Position numbers and translations under genes: made by a program
Shown here: positions 63,034-64,000 of the stretch, piece after piece
How positions within the stretch are numbered: position 1 is the first letter of the stretch
Layout: the number at the start of each line of letters is the position of its first letter
The notes under the pieces: generated by a model
Databases searched by the model: none
Told to the model about the DNA's origin: nothing
The model's input: only the letters and a program-made list of their open reading frames with translations
NCBI RefSeq assembly: GCF_963921235.1
Contig: NC_086097.1
Span: 166,286,001-166,350,000 of the forward strand
Direction of reading: 5' to 3'
Source: Mobula hypostoma
Taxonomy: Eukaryota
DNA length: 64,000 nucleotides

Positions 63034-64000
63034 CATAAGACCATAAGATATAGGAGCAGAAGTGGGCCATTCAGCCCATTGAGTCTGCTCCGCCATTCAA
63101 TCATGGGCTGATCCAATTCTATCAGTCATCCCCATTCCCCTGCCTTCTCCCCATACCCTTTGATGCTCTGGCTAATCAAGAACCTATCTATCTCTGCCTT
63201 AAATACACCCGGTGACTTGGCCTCCATAGCCACTCGTGGGAACAAATTCCACAAACTTACCACCCTCTGACTAAAGTAATTTCTCCGCATCTCTGTTCTA
63301 AATGAACGTCCTTCAATCCTGAAGTCATGCCCTCTTGTCCTAGATTCCCCTACCATGGGAAATAACTTTGTCATATCTAATCTGTTCAGGCCTTTTACCA
63401 TTTGGAATGTTTCTATGAGATCTCCCCTCATTCTCCTGAACTCCAAGGAATACAGCCCAACAGCTGCCAGATGTTCCTCATATGGTAACCCTTTCATTCC
63501 TGGAATCATTCTCATGAATCTTCTCTGAACTGTCTCCAATGTCAGTATATCCTTTCTAAAATAAGGAGCCCAAAACTGCGCACAATACTCCGTGTGGTCT
63601 CACGAGTGCCTTATAGAACCTCAACATCACATTCCTTCTCTTATACTCTATGCCTCTAGAAATGAATGCCAACATTGCATTTGCTTTCTTCACCACCGAC
63701 TCAACCTGGAGGTTAACATTTAGGGTATCCTGCACAAGGACTCCCAAGTCCCTTTGCATCTCTGCATTTTGAATTCTTTCCCCATCTAAATAATAGTCTT
63801 CACGTTTATTTCTTCCACCAACATGCATGACCATACACTTTCCAACATTGTATTTCATTTGCCACTTCTTTGCCCATTCCCCTATCTAAGTCCCTCTGCA
63901 GGCTCTCTGTTTCCTCAACACTGCCTGCACCTCCAGCTATCTTTGTATCATTGGCAAATTTAGCCACAAATCCATTAATCCAATAGTCCAAATCATTGAC
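63034..64000 (-). mobile_element. CR1 ORF2 3' part, runs off the window
   Basis: KFANDTK, FYKALVRPH, GLYSLEFRRMRGDL; cataaga tail. Confidence 0.93.

Overview
Eukaryotic, repeat-saturated intronic or intergenic DNA with no recognisable host protein-coding gene. The repeat mix (CR1 LINEs with a GDSL-esterase ORF1, Rex1/Babar-like LINEs, Penelope elements, a V-SINE-like element, a chromovirus-type Gypsy, Tc1/mariner) suggests a vertebrate, probably a cartilaginous fish; that is inference only. Main elements: a decayed Gypsy provirus (~5.4-11.3 kb) interrupted by a solo LTR and a CR1; a near full-length CR1 (11.8-15.8 kb); an IR/DR Tc1 (32.7-35.2 kb) interrupted by a solo LTR; a third solo LTR; a palindromic mariner MITE; a tRNA-derived SINE with an 18-bp TSD; and many Penelope termini with degenerate minimal hammerhead ribozymes. 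Most notable: an apparently chimeric CR1 lineage (two copies share one junction that duplicates the endonuclease N-terminal motif, with both parental architectures also in the window), a six-fold tandem amplification of a CR1 5'-truncation point, and a weak candidate spliced transcript. Boundaries of old repeats are approximate; those with stated TSDs were read base by base.
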